DNA of 64,000 nucleotides from Octopus sinensis. Lineage: Eukaryota. Location of the stretch: contig NC_043024.1 in the NCBI RefSeq assembly GCF_006345805.1, forward strand, positions 15,872,001 through 15,936,000, read 5' to 3'. Both the position numbers and the translations under genes were made by a program. Each line of letters starts with the position of its first letter. Positions within the stretch are counted from its first letter, which is position 1. Of the stretch, positions 63,936 to 64,000 are shown piece after piece. Below the pieces are notes generated by a model that made no database searches, was not told the DNA's origin, and saw only the letters and a program-made list of their open reading frames with translations.

Positions 63936-64000
63936 TTTTCCATTTAGATATTACAAATGATTTGGAGCAAACATCTGAAACAAGATATGGCGCTCAGACA

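Noticed and set aside
60016-64000. Missing last two exons as evidence that copy 2 is a pseudogene
   Set aside because: No FPGLIP-type exon is seen here, but copy 2 introns reach over 10 kb and the window simply ends; the upstream frame is intact.

Overview
AT-rich, microsatellite- and SINE-dense animal DNA. The SINE families point to an octopus (coleoid cephalopod); this is inference, not a database result. The window holds two tandem, + strand genes of the glutamate-cysteine ligase catalytic subunit (GCLC) family. Copy 1 contributes its last three coding exons (440-507, 3320-3437, 4440-4606). Copy 2 starts at ATG 9414; I traced 14 in-frame, stop-free coding exons (513 codons) up to 60015, and its last two exons are not seen before the window ends. 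Copy 2 keeps the metal-binding Glu/Gln residues and the EFR arginine but changes many residues conserved around the substrate pockets, so it is a candidate neofunctionalised ligase. The introns contain a near full-length RTE LINE, three Tx1/L1 fragments, a cluster of R4/Dong-like REL retrotransposon pieces in (TAA)n tracts, a HERO-like fragment, decayed hAT and maT (DD37D) transposons, MITEs, non-autonomous Helitrons and four tRNA-derived SINE families. Not visible in the ORF track: about ten Penelope-type minimal hammerhead ribozyme motifs from several unrelated repeat families (several inside long inverted repeats), apparent targeting of Tx1 elements to one spot in a SINE head, and degenerate tandem copies of a GCLC exon start inside a copy 1 intron. 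All alignments were done by eye.
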